Source: an uncultured Planctomycetia bacterium
GTDB taxonomy: Bacteria > Omnitrophota > Gorgyraeia > Tantalellales > Tantalellaceae
NCBI GenBank assembly: GCA_964527765.1
Contig: CAZGQR010000001.1
Span: forward strand, 182,353-246,352
DNA length: 64,000 bases
Direction of reading: 5' to 3'
Of the stretch, positions 1 through 12,194 are shown piece after piece. The stretch's first letter is position 1. Each line of letters begins with the position of its first letter. Below the pieces are notes generated by a model. It did no database searches, was not told the DNA's origin, and saw only the letters and a list, made by a program, of their open reading frames with translations. The position numbers were made by a program, and so were the translations under genes.

Positions 1-348
1 GAGTCTCTGGTCCGAGATCCCGAAATGGTGGGCAAGTTCGTGCTGGACCGTATGCGTTACCAGGCGGATTATTTGCTCGTCCGTCCTGCAGATCCTCTCA
101 ATGTTTTTCTGGAAGATGGAAACTTTATCCGGCATCACCATACCGTATTGATGGCTTCTTCTCGCCAGAGGCACCCCCTGATAAAGACCCAGCACCATCC
201 TCCTGTGAGCGGCATCAACCGATCTGGCCTGCCCCGGGGTGGGTTCATCCTCTATCACCACATCAACATTCTCAAGACTGTCTTTGAAAGTCTGCGGTAG
301 ATCATCGAGCGCTCTTATTACCAGTTTTTCGAAATCCTCGCGTCTCAT
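1..348 (-). CDS. zincin-like metallopeptidase (DUF1025 / Zincin_1 family), 3' end runs off the window
   Basis: Manual minus-strand translation from ATG at 348..346: MRREDFEKLVIRALDDLPQTFKDSLENVDVVIEDEPTPGQ...LGLYQGVPLARRS...VTHTVQHELAHHFGISDQRL. HExxH plus the characteristic LGLY.G.PL architecture. The start lies 5 nt past the upstream gene stop. Not in the ORF track because the frame is open-ended. Confidence 0.5.
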   Translation of the reverse strand, partial: MRREDFEKLVIRALDDLPQTFKDSLENVDVVIEDEPTPGQARSVDAAHRRMVLGLYQGVPLARRSHQYGMVMPDKVSIFQKNIERICRTDEQIIRLVTHTVQHELAHHFGISDQRL

Positions 349-352
349 ATTT

Positions 353-1321
353 TCATCCGCCGGCCCAGTCCTCATCCCGGGCATCCTTGATATAATATTT
401 GCGGCCCTTGATACTGATAAAATCGCTCCAGGCCTTTCCCTCTCTGGCCTGGGAAAGCTGCAGTTCCTTGATCGCGTTGGCCTGAGAGACAAGTTCATCC
501 ACCTGGTATATGATGGTGGCTTCCAGGGTCTTGGGAAGAACGGGAGACTGCTGTTCATATTCGCCGTGGTGGCTCAATATGATATGTTCGAGACGCAGGA
601 GCAGATCGCCGGGGAAATCCTGTATCTCGGCGATCTTTTCCATCAATATCCTGTACCCGATCGCGATATGCCCCACGAGCCCGCCCTCAACAGTATATTC
701 CATCTTTCTGGGATCAAGCTCGTACACCTTCCCTACGTCATGGACAAATGCGCCAAAAAGAGCGATGTCCCTGTCTGCCTCCGGATATATCTTGCACATC
801 TGATCAACGATATACATGACTTCATATGTGTGCTCCAAAAGGCCTCCTATATAAGCATTGTGCCAGCTCTTGCCCCCCAGACCGTCCTTAAAAAGGGCCA
901 TGAGCTTTTCGTCGCCCGTAAAACGTTCCGCGAGATCATGGACCCAGCGATTCTTTATGCCTTCAAGATATTCAAGGACTTTGCCGAAAATTTCATCCCT
1001 GTTCTCAGCCACACGCACCATGTCCTCATACTGAAAGGCCCTTTCATCGGCTTTTGAGATGAAATCCGTTTTAAGCTGTTTCTCTCCCCGGTACTCCCCG
1101 ACGACTCCCTTGATACGGACGATATCACCCGACTCGGCAGCTTCGTTGAACTTCTCGGCATCGTCCCACAGGCGGGCTTCGATCTTCCCCGTCCTGTCGG
1201 AAAGGGTTATCTGGAGATAAGGCTTGTCGTATTTTGTCAGTTTCAATTCCTTCTTATTAAGCATGAAAAAGGAATCGACCTGCTCGTTGATCTTGAAATC
1301 AGATATGAATTTCTTGTCCAT
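353..1321 (-). CDS. YhaM-family 3'-5' exo(ribo)nuclease: N-terminal OB-fold plus HD phosphohydrolase domain
   Basis: 322 aa. The N-terminal ~90 aa resemble an OB-fold nucleic-acid-binding domain. It is followed by HD-domain motifs (LLEHTYEV...FGAFVHDVGK...LSHHGEYE). Confidence 0.7.
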   Translation of the reverse strand: MDKKFISDFKINEQVDSFFMLNKKELKLTKYDKPYLQITLSDRTGKIEARLWDDAEKFNEAAESGDIVRIKGVVGEYRGEKQLKTDFISKADERAFQYEDMVRVAENRDEIFGKVLEYLEGIKNRWVHDLAERFTGDEKLMALFKDGLGGKSWHNAYIGGLLEHTYEVMYIVDQMCKIYPEADRDIALFGAFVHDVGKVYELDPRKMEYTVEGGLVGHIAIGYRILMEKIAEIQDFPGDLLLRLEHIILSHHGEYEQQSPVLPKTLEATIIYQVDELVSQANAIKELQLSQAREGKAWSDFISIKGRKYYIKDARDEDWAGG

Positions 1322-1417
1322 GATCAGACCTCCCCTGTCAATCCCGCCCGAGGCAAAATCAACTATTCCCCTAGTCCCGTTAGAAATGAAACCCGACCTT
1401 CGTGGCTTGGGACATTT

Positions 1418-4400
1418 CTAACGGGGCCAGCATATGGGATCAAATTCGCATCTGGCGCATCTGTCCCTATCGTCTCTTTCGGGCAGTTTTTCAAATTTGA
1501 GCTGCTGCATGTCCCGCCAGCATCTTGTTATCAATTTCTCCAATTCCGTAACCATTTCATCCGTAAGTTCGATATCTATATCCCGGTACTGGCCTTTGTC
1601 AAGTTCATATTTTTTTACCGTTTCCGATGCCGGTTCAAGAAACTGAAGCAAGCCGCGACTGACGGAAGCCTTCTTCCCGTCCCGCTGATTCCTGTCGAAC
1701 ACCATCTTATAGGAAATAAGCTGGCGGTAGTAATCGTCGCATTCATACTCCGAAATATCCCTGCAGTTATGTATCGCCTTGACATGCTTATCCGGTTTAC
1801 CTGTTTTATAATCAACTACCTTCACTGTCCCGTCTTTTTCGATCTCGACCTTATCGAATTTTCCCTTGAAGATAAATCCCTCGGGGAACGAGACCGCAAG
1901 TTCGCTCTCCAGAGAACAGGGCATCACCGGAGTCCGGGATTCTCTTTTATACCAGCCACTCAAGGTATCCAGCCGGGAAAGGCACATGCTCTTTACCGCA
2001 TCGCTTACGCCCTGAAATTCGAGTTCCCTCCTGAACGATTTTTTGAAGAGATCAAACCCGGGGAACTTCTTATTTTCCATATAATGAAGGTATACATCCT
2101 CAAGCGCTTTGTGGGCGCAGTTACCGAAGACTATGTGCTGCGTCTTCCTGCCGGGAAGCCTGAGAACGTAATTATACATGAACTTCCTTCTGCATGTCAG
2201 GTAACTGTTGAGCTTAGTGGGGGTGAGGGAGATCTTGCTCACCATATCCTTCAATATGCCGCGGGTATCCTTGAACGGGTCCCTGTCCGTCTTTGCCTCA
2301 AGAAACTTCCCGAGAAACTTGCCTTCATCCTTCGGTGAACCGGACCCGGGCTGAATACCCGCATGGCTCAAAAAGCGGCTTATTATCACTTTTTCTCCGG
2401 GGGTAGCCGTGTATATCAGGTTGGCCTTTGCTCTCGTGGAAGCGACATAAAAAAGACGGAGCTCATCATAAAAGCTCAGCAGTTTCAGCTTCTTTTTCTC
2501 GTCGACCCTTTCCTTGCTTTTATAGATATCCGGCGGAAGCGGCACCACATCGGGCTTGCTTCGCACCGGCCAGCTTTTCTGCTCAAGGCAGAAAGGCATG
2601 AACACGGTGTAAAACTCAAGCCCCTTCGAGCTATGGGCGGTATAAATGCGGATGCCGTCCTGGCTGAGCGTGGCCAGCTCGCCCTCTATCGGCATATCGT
2701 GCACTTCCCTCAGGTCCAGTTCGCTGGTAAAATCATCCAGTCTCAGCGAAGGCCTGGCCAGGCTCGATTCCTTTATCTTGTTCACGAACGATACCAGGGC
2801 CCTGAGATCCCTGATCCTGAGAACCTTGTTTTGTCTATAATTCTCCAGTATAAACCTGTAGAGTCCCGTATCCTCTATAAACCCCAGCAGGATATCGTGC
2901 ACCGGACGCGTTCTTGCATCCATCAGCAGCCTCTTCACGGCCCACGCCGCCTTGTGAAGAGCGTGAGGGTCTTTTAGGTCCAGTTCCCTGCTTATCTTCA
3001 ACCTGTTCGAATCTTCCCTGGTCGGCGGAGTTTCCGTTCCGCTGGCCGGAAAACGGTCCTGAAATTCCTGAAAAAGATTGAAAGACTTATATGTCCCCAG
3101 GTCCTTGTCTTTTCTGGAAAGACTCTTTTGCCTGTTCACAAAGCCTATGAACTTCAAAATATCGGCATGCGTAGCCCCGATATAATCCGAGGAAAGTATT
3201 TTATACAGGGCCAGGGATTTCTTCTCGTTGTTTTCCATGTCCACGTTTGCGAGCTCCAGCACATCCAGCATCTGCTGGACCCGTTTTTCCTGGCGTATGT
3301 CCTCGCCGCTGTCCGCGGCATACGGAATGCCGGCCTTCAGGAACGCTTCTATCACCTTCTGCCGCTGACTGCGCTTGCGGACAAGAACGGCTATGTTATT
3401 ATAAGGTTTTTCCTTTTCCTCCGGAGACAGTGAAGGGTCATGCCTTATTTTCTCGGCCTGTTTTTCTATCTCACCAATAATAAAAAAGAGCTCCTCTTCC
3501 TCGGTAAGAAATTCCAGAAACTGTATTTTCCCGTTCCTGTAATCAACACGCTTCTTAGGGTCTTTCGCGCTGACCCTTTCGTCTTCTGGAAGCTGAGATA
3601 TGATCCGGGAAGACAGTTCGATCACATCCCGGGTGGACCGGTAATTATCCTTGAGAACAATGGTCTCGAGGAAAGGGATCCTTTCTTTCAGAACGCGGAA
3701 ATTTGACAACGTCGCCCCCTGGAAACGGTATATGGACTGATCATCGTCCCCCACACAGCACAGATTCGGTGCCCCGGGGTCAAGTATTGCGAACAAAAGT
3801 TCCAACTGAGCGCCATTCGTATCCTGGTACTCGTCGACCATGATATATTTGTACTGCCTGCTAAAAGCCTCGCGCAGCTCCGTTTCCCGGCGGAACGCAT
3901 TAAGCGCTATGAGTATCATGTCATCATAATCCTTGCGTCCTCTTTCGTCAAAAAGAAGCGCGCACTCTTTGTCCTTCAGTTCCTCGTACTTTTCGTATAT
4001 TACCGAAAGCGCTTTCAGGCGCGAAACATGTTTCTCCTCAAGATTTATGCCATCCGGCCTGAGGTCTTTAAGCTGCTTCTTCAGGTCGTCCGGAGCAATA
4101 CCCTCGTTTTTGAGTTCACTTATCCGGTTCTGGATCTCCCGGATATGAATATACGGGGCTCCGAAAGGCTTGAGCTCCCCTGCGCCTTTTATATTATCCA
4201 GTATATACTCCAGCGCCCTTACCTTTTCGACCTCAGTCATATCGATCTTGTCCCTGACGTATTTTATCGCTCCCTCGGACTCAAGGACTACGGAATTGGC
4301 AAAGCTGTGAAATGTCTCGACTTCCACGTTGTACCCGTCATGCCCTATGACCGAGGCGAGCCGCTCGCGCATGGCCCTGGCGGCGGCGTTCGTGAACGTG

Positions 4401-4594
4401 ACTATGAGTATGTTCTCGGGATCGCACTTTTTCCGCAGTATGATATTGGCGGCGCGTAACGAAAGGAGTTGCGTCTTGCCTGTGCCGGGGCCGGCAAGAA
4501 TAAGAAGCGCGCCTTCGGTCGTGTCAACGGCCCTTTTCTGTTCGGCATTTAACTTATCATAGTGTTCTTGAAAAGCTTTCATTTCGGCGTGCAT
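1418..4594 (-). CDS. UvrD/PcrA-family SF1 helicase fused to a C-terminal Cas4/AddB-type PD-(D/E)XK nuclease with a 4-Cys cluster
   Basis: 1058 aa. Walker A GPGTGKT, motif II DEYQDT, TAHSSKGLEF, VASTRAK. C-terminal domain has LTCRRKF...VVDYKTGKPD...QLISYK...CARCEFDPIC (C...CxxCx5C), the pattern of iron-sulfur RecB-family nucleases. Confidence 0.8.
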   Translation of the reverse strand: MHAEMKAFQEHYDKLNAEQKRAVDTTEGALLILAGPGTGKTQLLSLRAANIILRKKCDPENILIVTFTNAAARAMRERLASVIGHDGYNVEVETFHSFANSVVLESEGAIKYVRDKIDMTEVEKVRALEYILDNIKGAGELKPFGAPYIHIREIQNRISELKNEGIAPDDLKKQLKDLRPDGINLEEKHVSRLKALSVIYEKYEELKDKECALLFDERGRKDYDDMILIALNAFRRETELREAFSRQYKYIMVDEYQDTNGAQLELLFAILDPGAPNLCCVGDDDQSIYRFQGATLSNFRVLKERIPFLETIVLKDNYRSTRDVIELSSRIISQLPEDERVSAKDPKKRVDYRNGKIQFLEFLTEEEELFFIIGEIEKQAEKIRHDPSLSPEEKEKPYNNIAVLVRKRSQRQKVIEAFLKAGIPYAADSGEDIRQEKRVQQMLDVLELANVDMENNEKKSLALYKILSSDYIGATHADILKFIGFVNRQKSLSRKDKDLGTYKSFNLFQEFQDRFPASGTETPPTREDSNRLKISRELDLKDPHALHKAAWAVKRLLMDARTRPVHDILLGFIEDTGLYRFILENYRQNKVLRIRDLRALVSFVNKIKESSLARPSLRLDDFTSELDLREVHDMPIEGELATLSQDGIRIYTAHSSKGLEFYTVFMPFCLEQKSWPVRSKPDVVPLPPDIYKSKERVDEKKKLKLLSFYDELRLFYVASTRAKANLIYTATPGEKVIISRFLSHAGIQPGSGSPKDEGKFLGKFLEAKTDRDPFKDTRGILKDMVSKISLTPTKLNSYLTCRRKFMYNYVLRLPGRKTQHIVFGNCAHKALEDVYLHYMENKKFPGFDLFKKSFRRELEFQGVSDAVKSMCLSRLDTLSGWYKRESRTPVMPCSLESELAVSFPEGFIFKGKFDKVEIEKDGTVKVVDYKTGKPDKHVKAIHNCRDISEYECDDYYRQLISYKMVFDRNQRDGKKASVSRGLLQFLEPASETVKKYELDKGQYRDIDIELTDEMVTELEKLITRCWRDMQQLKFEKLPERDDRDRCARCEFDPICWPR

Positions 4595-4657
4595 GCTCAG
4601 ATCTAACTGTTACGAGGCAGGTTTTTTCGGGTCCGCCCGGCACCTGATACCTGAAAC

Positions 4658-5263
4658 CTATTTTTTAGATATCTGAAAAATCGCGTTGAGAGCGAAAAGG
4701 TTCGGCATGAATCTTACGGTACCGCTTTCAGCAAGAAAAACACTTTTTTCTATAGTTATTCCCCGCTCCGCGCAAAATATCCTGAAATCCTTGATGCTCA
4801 GAAAGTGAAGGTTCGGCGTATCGTACCAGAAATAAGGCAGGGACGGCGTTATCGGCACATGCCCGCTGAAAAGTATCTGGAGCCTTGCCGTGATATAGCA
4901 AAAATTCGGGAAACCTATTATGACCTTTTTCCCGATCCTCAATGCTTCCATTATGGCTTCGGCGGGCCTGTGGACCTGCTGCATGGTCTGGTTGAAAATG
5001 ACATAATCGAACAGTTTATCGGGATATTCCTTCAGCCCGGAATCAATATCGCCGTGAGACACGCTGAGCCCCTTTTCCACGCACTTGTATATGGCCTCTT
5101 CGCTTATCTCGACACCGCTGCCTTTGACCTCCTTGCGAAGAACAAGATACTCCAGAAGATCGCCGTCGCCGCACCCCATGTCAAGCACCATGGACCCCGG
5201 CTCGATCATGTCGCCGATGACCTTATGATCGACCCTCAACTCCTCTTTTCTTTTGCTCGCCAT
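4658..5263 (-). CDS. metW: methionine biosynthesis protein MetW
   Basis: 201 aa. SAM-MTase-like motif VLDMGCGDGDLL. Typical MetW size. Immediately downstream of metX. Confidence 0.8.
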   Translation of the reverse strand: MASKRKEELRVDHKVIGDMIEPGSMVLDMGCGDGDLLEYLVLRKEVKGSGVEISEEAIYKCVEKGLSVSHGDIDSGLKEYPDKLFDYVIFNQTMQQVHRPAEAIMEALRIGKKVIIGFPNFCYITARLQILFSGHVPITPSLPYFWYDTPNLHFLSIKDFRIFCAERGITIEKSVFLAESGTVRFMPNLFALNAIFQISKK

Positions 5264-5266
5264 ACC

Positions 5267-6409
5267 TTATTTCCCCTGTTTCTTATGCGTCTTTTCCAGA
5301 AAATGCTTTATCAGCCGGCTCTCTTCGGCGTATTCAAGCAGGAAGGCGTCGTGACCGTAATCCGAACTTATTTCGCAATACGTGACATCGATGCCGTTCA
5401 TCTTGAGGGCCCTGACTATTTCCTTTGACTGAAACGGCGGATAAAGCCAATCTGAACTGAACGCGATGATCAAAAACCGCGCGCTTACGCCCCTGAACGT
5501 ATCCTGCAGTTTCTTGCCGTGCTGGAGATCAAAGTAATCCATGGCCTTGGTGATATAGAGATAAGAATTGGCATCAAACCGTTTGACAAAATTGTCCCCC
5601 CTGTAGCGAAGGTATCCTTCGACCTCGAATTCCGTACTGAATTCATACCCCAGTTCTGCTCTCTTCAATGCCCTGCCGAACTTCTTTTCCATGGACTTGT
5701 TGCTCATGTAAGTAATGTGTCCTATCATGCGCGCGACAGCCAGCCCCGCGGAAGGATGCCCTTTCTCATAATAGTTCCCTCCGTTCCAGGCCGGATCCGC
5801 CATAATAGCCTGCCGGCCGACCTCATCGAAAGCGATCTGCTGGGCAGAGTGTTTATAATTTGCGGCTATAGGGATACATGAAACGACCATCTTGGGATAT
5901 GTCACTGCCCACTGGAGGGCCTGCATGCCGCCCATGGACCCCCCGCAGACGGAAAGCAGTTTCTTGATCCCCAGAAAATCAAGCAGCTTTTTCTGCGCAT
6001 GCACCATATCCTTTATGGAGACGATCGGAAAAGCGAGCCCGTAAGGTTTTCCGGTGGATGGATTGATGGAATTGGGGCCGCTTGAACCCTTGCACCCCCC
6101 GATCACGTTCGAACAGATCACAAAATATTTATCCGTATCAAAGGCCTTGCCCGGACCGATCATATCGTTCCACCAGCCGGGTTTTTTGTCGCCGCTATGA
6201 AAACCGGCGACATGCGCATCACCGGAAAGTGCATGACATATAAGGACCGCGTTATTTTTTCGGCTGTTCAGTTCGCCGTACGTCTCGTAAGCGATCTTCA
6301 GCCCGGGAAGCTTCGCGTCGTTTTCCAGGATGAATTCCGCGCCTTCAGGCATGTTGTAATATTTTGTTTCGACAAATCCTAGATCTTTCTTGCCGCTCTT
6401 GTCTGGCAT
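5267..6409 (-). CDS. metX: homoserine O-acetyltransferase
   Basis: 380 aa alpha/beta hydrolase. Nucleophile elbow GGSMGG. Overall MetXA-like sequence, with the metW partner gene adjacent. Confidence 0.85.
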   Translation of the reverse strand: MPDKSGKKDLGFVETKYYNMPEGAEFILENDAKLPGLKIAYETYGELNSRKNNAVLICHALSGDAHVAGFHSGDKKPGWWNDMIGPGKAFDTDKYFVICSNVIGGCKGSSGPNSINPSTGKPYGLAFPIVSIKDMVHAQKKLLDFLGIKKLLSVCGGSMGGMQALQWAVTYPKMVVSCIPIAANYKHSAQQIAFDEVGRQAIMADPAWNGGNYYEKGHPSAGLAVARMIGHITYMSNKSMEKKFGRALKRAELGYEFSTEFEVEGYLRYRGDNFVKRFDANSYLYITKAMDYFDLQHGKKLQDTFRGVSARFLIIAFSSDWLYPPFQSKEIVRALKMNGIDVTYCEISSDYGHDAFLLEYAEESRLIKHFLEKTHKKQGK

Positions 6410-6439
6410 ATCCTCACCTGCCCGATATGTTAAAAGTTT

Positions 6440-8702
<2,263 letters not shown>

Positions 8703-8726
8703 TCAATGCTTTACATATTTAAAAAT

Positions 8727-9743
8727 CTATTTCCACAACCAGTATTCGCGGTCATTGAGGCCCGTCACCCGAAGAGGTTCGATCCTGGTATTCCTGCCAA
8801 AAATATATCCGGAACCGTAGAGATCGCGGAACCAGTACATAATCTCCTTCCAGAGATAATATGTAAAGTATTCCCAGAGAGGCGGCGATATCTTCCTCAC
8901 CTCATAGGTCACATAATCGTGGTTGACCATCACCCTGATATAGTGGAGATACCCGCCATCTGCCTCCGGTATCTCTATAAGCATGCCTCCCCCGCCGGTC
9001 ACGATATAATCCACATCATCGAACTTCTCATGTTTGAACATGTGCTTATGACCGGTAAATACCATATCCACATTGTATTCCCCGCAAAGCTTGCGGAACC
9101 TGTAAGCCCACGGACTGTTATCCTCATTATACCATTCCTGCTGGTACGGATCGAAGGGCGGTTTATGCATGGCTATGAATATATGCTCGTATTTCTGCCC
9201 TTTTTTCAATTCTTCTTCCAGCCGGTTAAACTGTGTTTGACTGAGCGCGCCTTCTTCATTGTCCAGCACGATAAAATACGAATTCCTGTCCGCAAAAGCA
9301 AATTCCCTCTCGCCGCAAAACTCCTTAAAAAGCTCCCGATCATCATGGTTGCCTATGGCCGCGATGACGGGATATTTTATGAGCTTCTGCATTTTTTTGT
9401 AAGCCAGAAAATGCGAACGCTTGCCGTCAAGAGAAATATCTCCCACGCTCAGGACAAAATCTATCGGGACCTTGCGGAACCTGTCTTCCCGGTTCATGTG
9501 CCATATCTCCTTGAGAGTGGCCGCATCGTTGAAAATAAGGCCGGAGTGGTTATCTCCAAAGATAATGAACGAAAAATAGGCCCCTTTATTTCCCTCGACC
9601 TTTTCGATATTGGCCCTGTTGTTGTTATCCGGCCGGGCGCCTTTCATGAACCAGAACGGGATAAGCGGCAGAAAAGAATAGATCACCGTGACAATAAGCA
9701 AAATCACGATTACCCTTATCCACCTTACATTGCCTTTGCTCAT
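8727..9743 (-). CDS. membrane-anchored calcineurin-like metallophosphoesterase
   Basis: 338 aa. N-terminal TM helix. Motifs GDNH, GNHD, GHKH characteristic of metallophosphoesterases. Confidence 0.7.
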   Translation of the reverse strand: MSKGNVRWIRVIVILLIVTVIYSFLPLIPFWFMKGARPDNNNRANIEKVEGNKGAYFSFIIFGDNHSGLIFNDAATLKEIWHMNREDRFRKVPIDFVLSVGDISLDGKRSHFLAYKKMQKLIKYPVIAAIGNHDDRELFKEFCGEREFAFADRNSYFIVLDNEEGALSQTQFNRLEEELKKGQKYEHIFIAMHKPPFDPYQQEWYNEDNSPWAYRFRKLCGEYNVDMVFTGHKHMFKHEKFDDVDYIVTGGGGMLIEIPEADGGYLHYIRVMVNHDYVTYEVRKISPPLWEYFTYYLWKEIMYWFRDLYGSGYIFGRNTRIEPLRVTGLNDREYWLWK

Positions 9744-9772
9744 GTTATTTGCCTTTCGTTGCGCGCGCGAAC

Positions 9773-10249
9773 CTATCTCGCAATGCTGACGATCTTGTAC
9801 TTAAGCGTTCCGGCCGGGACCTGGACCTCCACGACATCGCCCGCTTTATGCCCGAGAAGGGCCTTGCCCACCGGCGAGGAGATGGAGATCTTATTCAGAT
9901 CGAAATCGGATTCCTCCTCGGCAACAAGCATATAATCAAACTCCTCCTCCGTATTCTGATCCCTTACCTTCACCGTCGCCCCCAGCAGGGCTTCGTCCGC
10001 GGGCATGGCCTTATCGTCTATCAATCTCGCTCTCATCAAAATATCTTCCAGTTCAGCGATCCTTTTTTCATTCATGGCCTGGGCTTCCTTGGCAGCATCA
10101 TATTCGGCGTTTTCGCTTAAATCGCCGTGGGCCCTGGCCTCGCCAAGAGCTTTTGCTATCTCCTTACGTTTCCTCCCCTTGAGACTTTCCAGTTCCCTGC
10201 AGATCTTATCGCGCCCCTCGCGTGTCAGGTTAACGCTGCCTCCGCCCAT
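9773..10249 (-). CDS. greA: transcription elongation factor GreA
   Basis: 158 aa. Coiled-coil N-terminus with DLSENAEYDAAKE and a C-terminal FKBP-like domain. Classic GreA. Confidence 0.9.
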   Translation of the reverse strand: MGGGSVNLTREGRDKICRELESLKGRKRKEIAKALGEARAHGDLSENAEYDAAKEAQAMNEKRIAELEDILMRARLIDDKAMPADEALLGATVKVRDQNTEEEFDYMLVAEEESDFDLNKISISSPVGKALLGHKAGDVVEVQVPAGTLKYKIVSIAR

Positions 10250-10296
10250 TTCGCCTCCCGCTATATTTATTGGCTCCTAAAGATTAAACTAGTAAT

Positions 10297-10327
10297 GGTG
10301 TATTGATTATAAGGGAATACCGCGCTT
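10297..10327 (-). promoter_or_regulatory. sigma70-like promoter for greA (TTGTCA-17-TATAAT, minus sense)
   Basis: Minus-sense TTGTCAtaagcgcggtattcccTTATAAT about 70 nt upstream of the greA ATG. An SD (GGGAGG) precedes the start. Confidence 0.45.
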
Positions 10328-10439
10328 ATGACAAACAAAAATTTTAATATATTTCAGGGCAGGAAAATCGGGCAAAAAAGGGAATATCAAACGGATAGAG
10401 AGCCTTTGTTAAATATTAAATAGGTAGTTTCATAATCTT

Positions 10440-10637
10440 GCTTTTTAATTTTTTATCATTAAACTTGAATTAGAAACGCGGTTGTTCTTTGTACTGAAGC
10501 ATCAAATCGATAAGGGCAAACTATTCGAAAGAATGGGGCTGCAAAGTCTTGAGCCTAACTCCCCTCCCGGGGACATGGCTGTCGGACCGCCGAAGTTGAT
10601 CTTCTGTGGATTTTCATTTTCAAACTAACTTTTTGTA
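10440..10637 (+). promoter_or_regulatory. candidate cis-regulatory leader or small RNA preceding the glycoside hydrolase gene
   Basis: AT-rich ~400-nt intergenic region. Possible TTGCTT-16-TAAACT promoter near 10440. The region ends in a strong intrinsic terminator placed immediately 5' of the downstream RBS. Confidence 0.25.
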
Positions 10638-10685
10638 ACCCTATTTGAAGGGCTTTGCCTTTATCAAATAGGGTTTTTTATTTTC
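10638..10685 (+). terminator. rho-independent terminator / attenuator hairpin
   Basis: ACCCTATTTGA-loop-TCAAATAGGGT (11-bp perfect stem) followed by TTTTTTATTTT. It lies 8 nt upstream of the AGGAGG RBS of the next + gene. Confidence 0.6.
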
Positions 10686-10702
10686 AAAAAGGAGGCAAGA
10701 AA

Positions 10703-11794
10703 ATGAAGATCCGCCGTACAAACAATAAAATCAGGCTGCTGGCTATTCTGGTCACGATGATTTTTTTGTCATCGACACTTCTGCCTGTTTCTGCATCCCA
10801 TTCCGATGCGGGGCTTTTTTTGCCCCAGAGGGGCATGTGTTACGTTACGTGGGACAAAGAACGATTAGCCTCCAGCTACTCCGATAAATCACTCGCGAAA
10901 CTGATGTCACTCGGGGTCGAATACATATCAATAAGCGTGACACAGTATCAGGAAAGGCATAATTCAACCGATATAAAACGCACCGGCAACACCCCCAGTG
11001 ACCGGAGTCTGATCCATGCGATCAAGAAGGCCCACAAGCTGGGGATGAAAGTCATGCTTAAACCGCATATCGACCTCATTGATAAGTATGACGGTACCTA
11101 CTGGCGTGCCGATATTGGTTTCGCCTGTGAAAGAGATTGGCAAAAATGGTTCGAAAAATACCGGCAATATATACTCCATTACGCGCGTATCGCCAAAAGG
11201 CTGAATGTCGAGATCTTCTGCATCGGAACGGAACTTTCTTTCACCACGCAAAGGGAAGATGAATGGCGCAAGATCATATCAGAAATAAGAAAGGCCTACC
11301 CCGGAAAGATCGTCTACGCCGCCAACTGGGACAACTATCAAAACATAAAATTCTGGCCGGATCTTGATTACGTGGGCATCGACGCGTATTTTCCTCTCAC
11401 CTATGAATCAAATCCGTCCTTGGAGGACCTGAAAAAGGGATGGGAAAAGTGGAGATGCGATATCGAGAAGTGGCAAACCCAGGTCAATAAACCCATTATA
11501 TTCACCGAAATAGGGTATCCCAGCACATCGCACGCGCCTTATGCTCCATGGAAAGGAGGAACAGAAGGCAATGCCGATCCGGAAATACAGGCCAAATGTT
11601 ACAAAGCTTTCTTTGAGACCATGTGGGATCAACCCTGGCTTGCCGGGGTATACTGGTGGAAATGGGATACGAACATACACGCGGGGGGAACGCATAACCG
11701 GCAATTCACCCCCCAGAACAAACCGGCGCAAAGGATCATCGAGGCAAATTACAAAAGTTTCAGAAAAGACGCTACCGCGAATGCCATCCGATGA
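10703..11794 (+). CDS. secreted TIM-barrel glycoside hydrolase (GH5/GH113/Glyco_hydro_cc-like)
   Basis: Start chosen at MKIRRT (internal Met of the 10655 ORF), with RBS AAAAAGGAGG and a signal peptide. Conserved TEIGY and WWKW segments typical of (beta/alpha)8 glycosidases. Family assignment is approximate. Confidence 0.6.
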   Translation: MKIRRTNNKIRLLAILVTMIFLSSTLLPVSASHSDAGLFLPQRGMCYVTWDKERLASSYSDKSLAKLMSLGVEYISISVTQYQERHNSTDIKRTGNTPSDRSLIHAIKKAHKLGMKVMLKPHIDLIDKYDGTYWRADIGFACERDWQKWFEKYRQYILHYARIAKRLNVEIFCIGTELSFTTQREDEWRKIISEIRKAYPGKIVYAANWDNYQNIKFWPDLDYVGIDAYFPLTYESNPSLEDLKKGWEKWRCDIEKWQTQVNKPIIFTEIGYPSTSHAPYAPWKGGTEGNADPEIQAKCYKAFFETMWDQPWLAGVYWWKWDTNIHAGGTHNRQFTPQNKPAQRIIEANYKSFRKDATANAIR

Positions 11795-12194
11795 GCTCGT
11801 TCTCTTTGTTAAAAATAAGGTACACTTTTTCGTCCGAAAAAAAGGATTTATCGCTGGGCTTGTAAACCCATTTCGTCAATATTCCCCCTTCTTCAGACAG
11901 CACTATCACCGGTTCCCCGTATCTCGTTTTTATGCGCTTGGCGGGCTCTCCGTGCTTGAGCTGGCCGCGATCCAGGGCGGCGGCGATCTTCCTGTAATTT
12001 TCGGTCTCTTCCTTGAGCTCCTGGATCATTTTACCGTGGCTTTTAGCGAACGCCATAAGCGCCTTGATCCCGTCTTTGGATTTGACATATTTTACCGGTT
12101 TTTTCCTGCCGGCTTTTTCTTCCGCTCTTACCGCATCGCCCGGTATGCAACAGGACAAAAATAAACCAAGGATAATGACAGCGATCTTGTTCAT
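11772..12194 (-). CDS. small lipoprotein, function unknown
   Basis: 140 aa. Signal peptide with a lipobox-like LSCC. No recognisable domain. Confidence 0.45.
   Translation of the reverse strand: MNKIAVIILGLFLSCCIPGDAVRAEEKAGRKKPVKYVKSKDGIKALMAFAKSHGKMIQELKEETENYRKIAAALDRGQLKHGEPAKRIKTRYGEPVIVLSEEGGILTKWVYKPSDKSFFSDEKVYLIFNKENELIGWHSR

Noticed and set aside
239-1057. 272-aa plus-strand ORF (and 25..300)
   Set aside because: Antisense to the YhaM-like gene and the zincin gene, both of which have clear domain signatures on the minus strand.
4595-4657. Possible terminator between helicase start and metW end
   Set aside because: No convincing stem followed by a U-tract on either strand.
10330-10690. 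tmRNA, RNase P, SRP or 6S RNA in the large intergenic region
   Set aside because: None of the conserved signatures is present (no tRNA-like 3' end or tag ORF, no GGAAAGUCCGG, no GGAAGCAGCC). Kept only as a generic leader/sRNA candidate.
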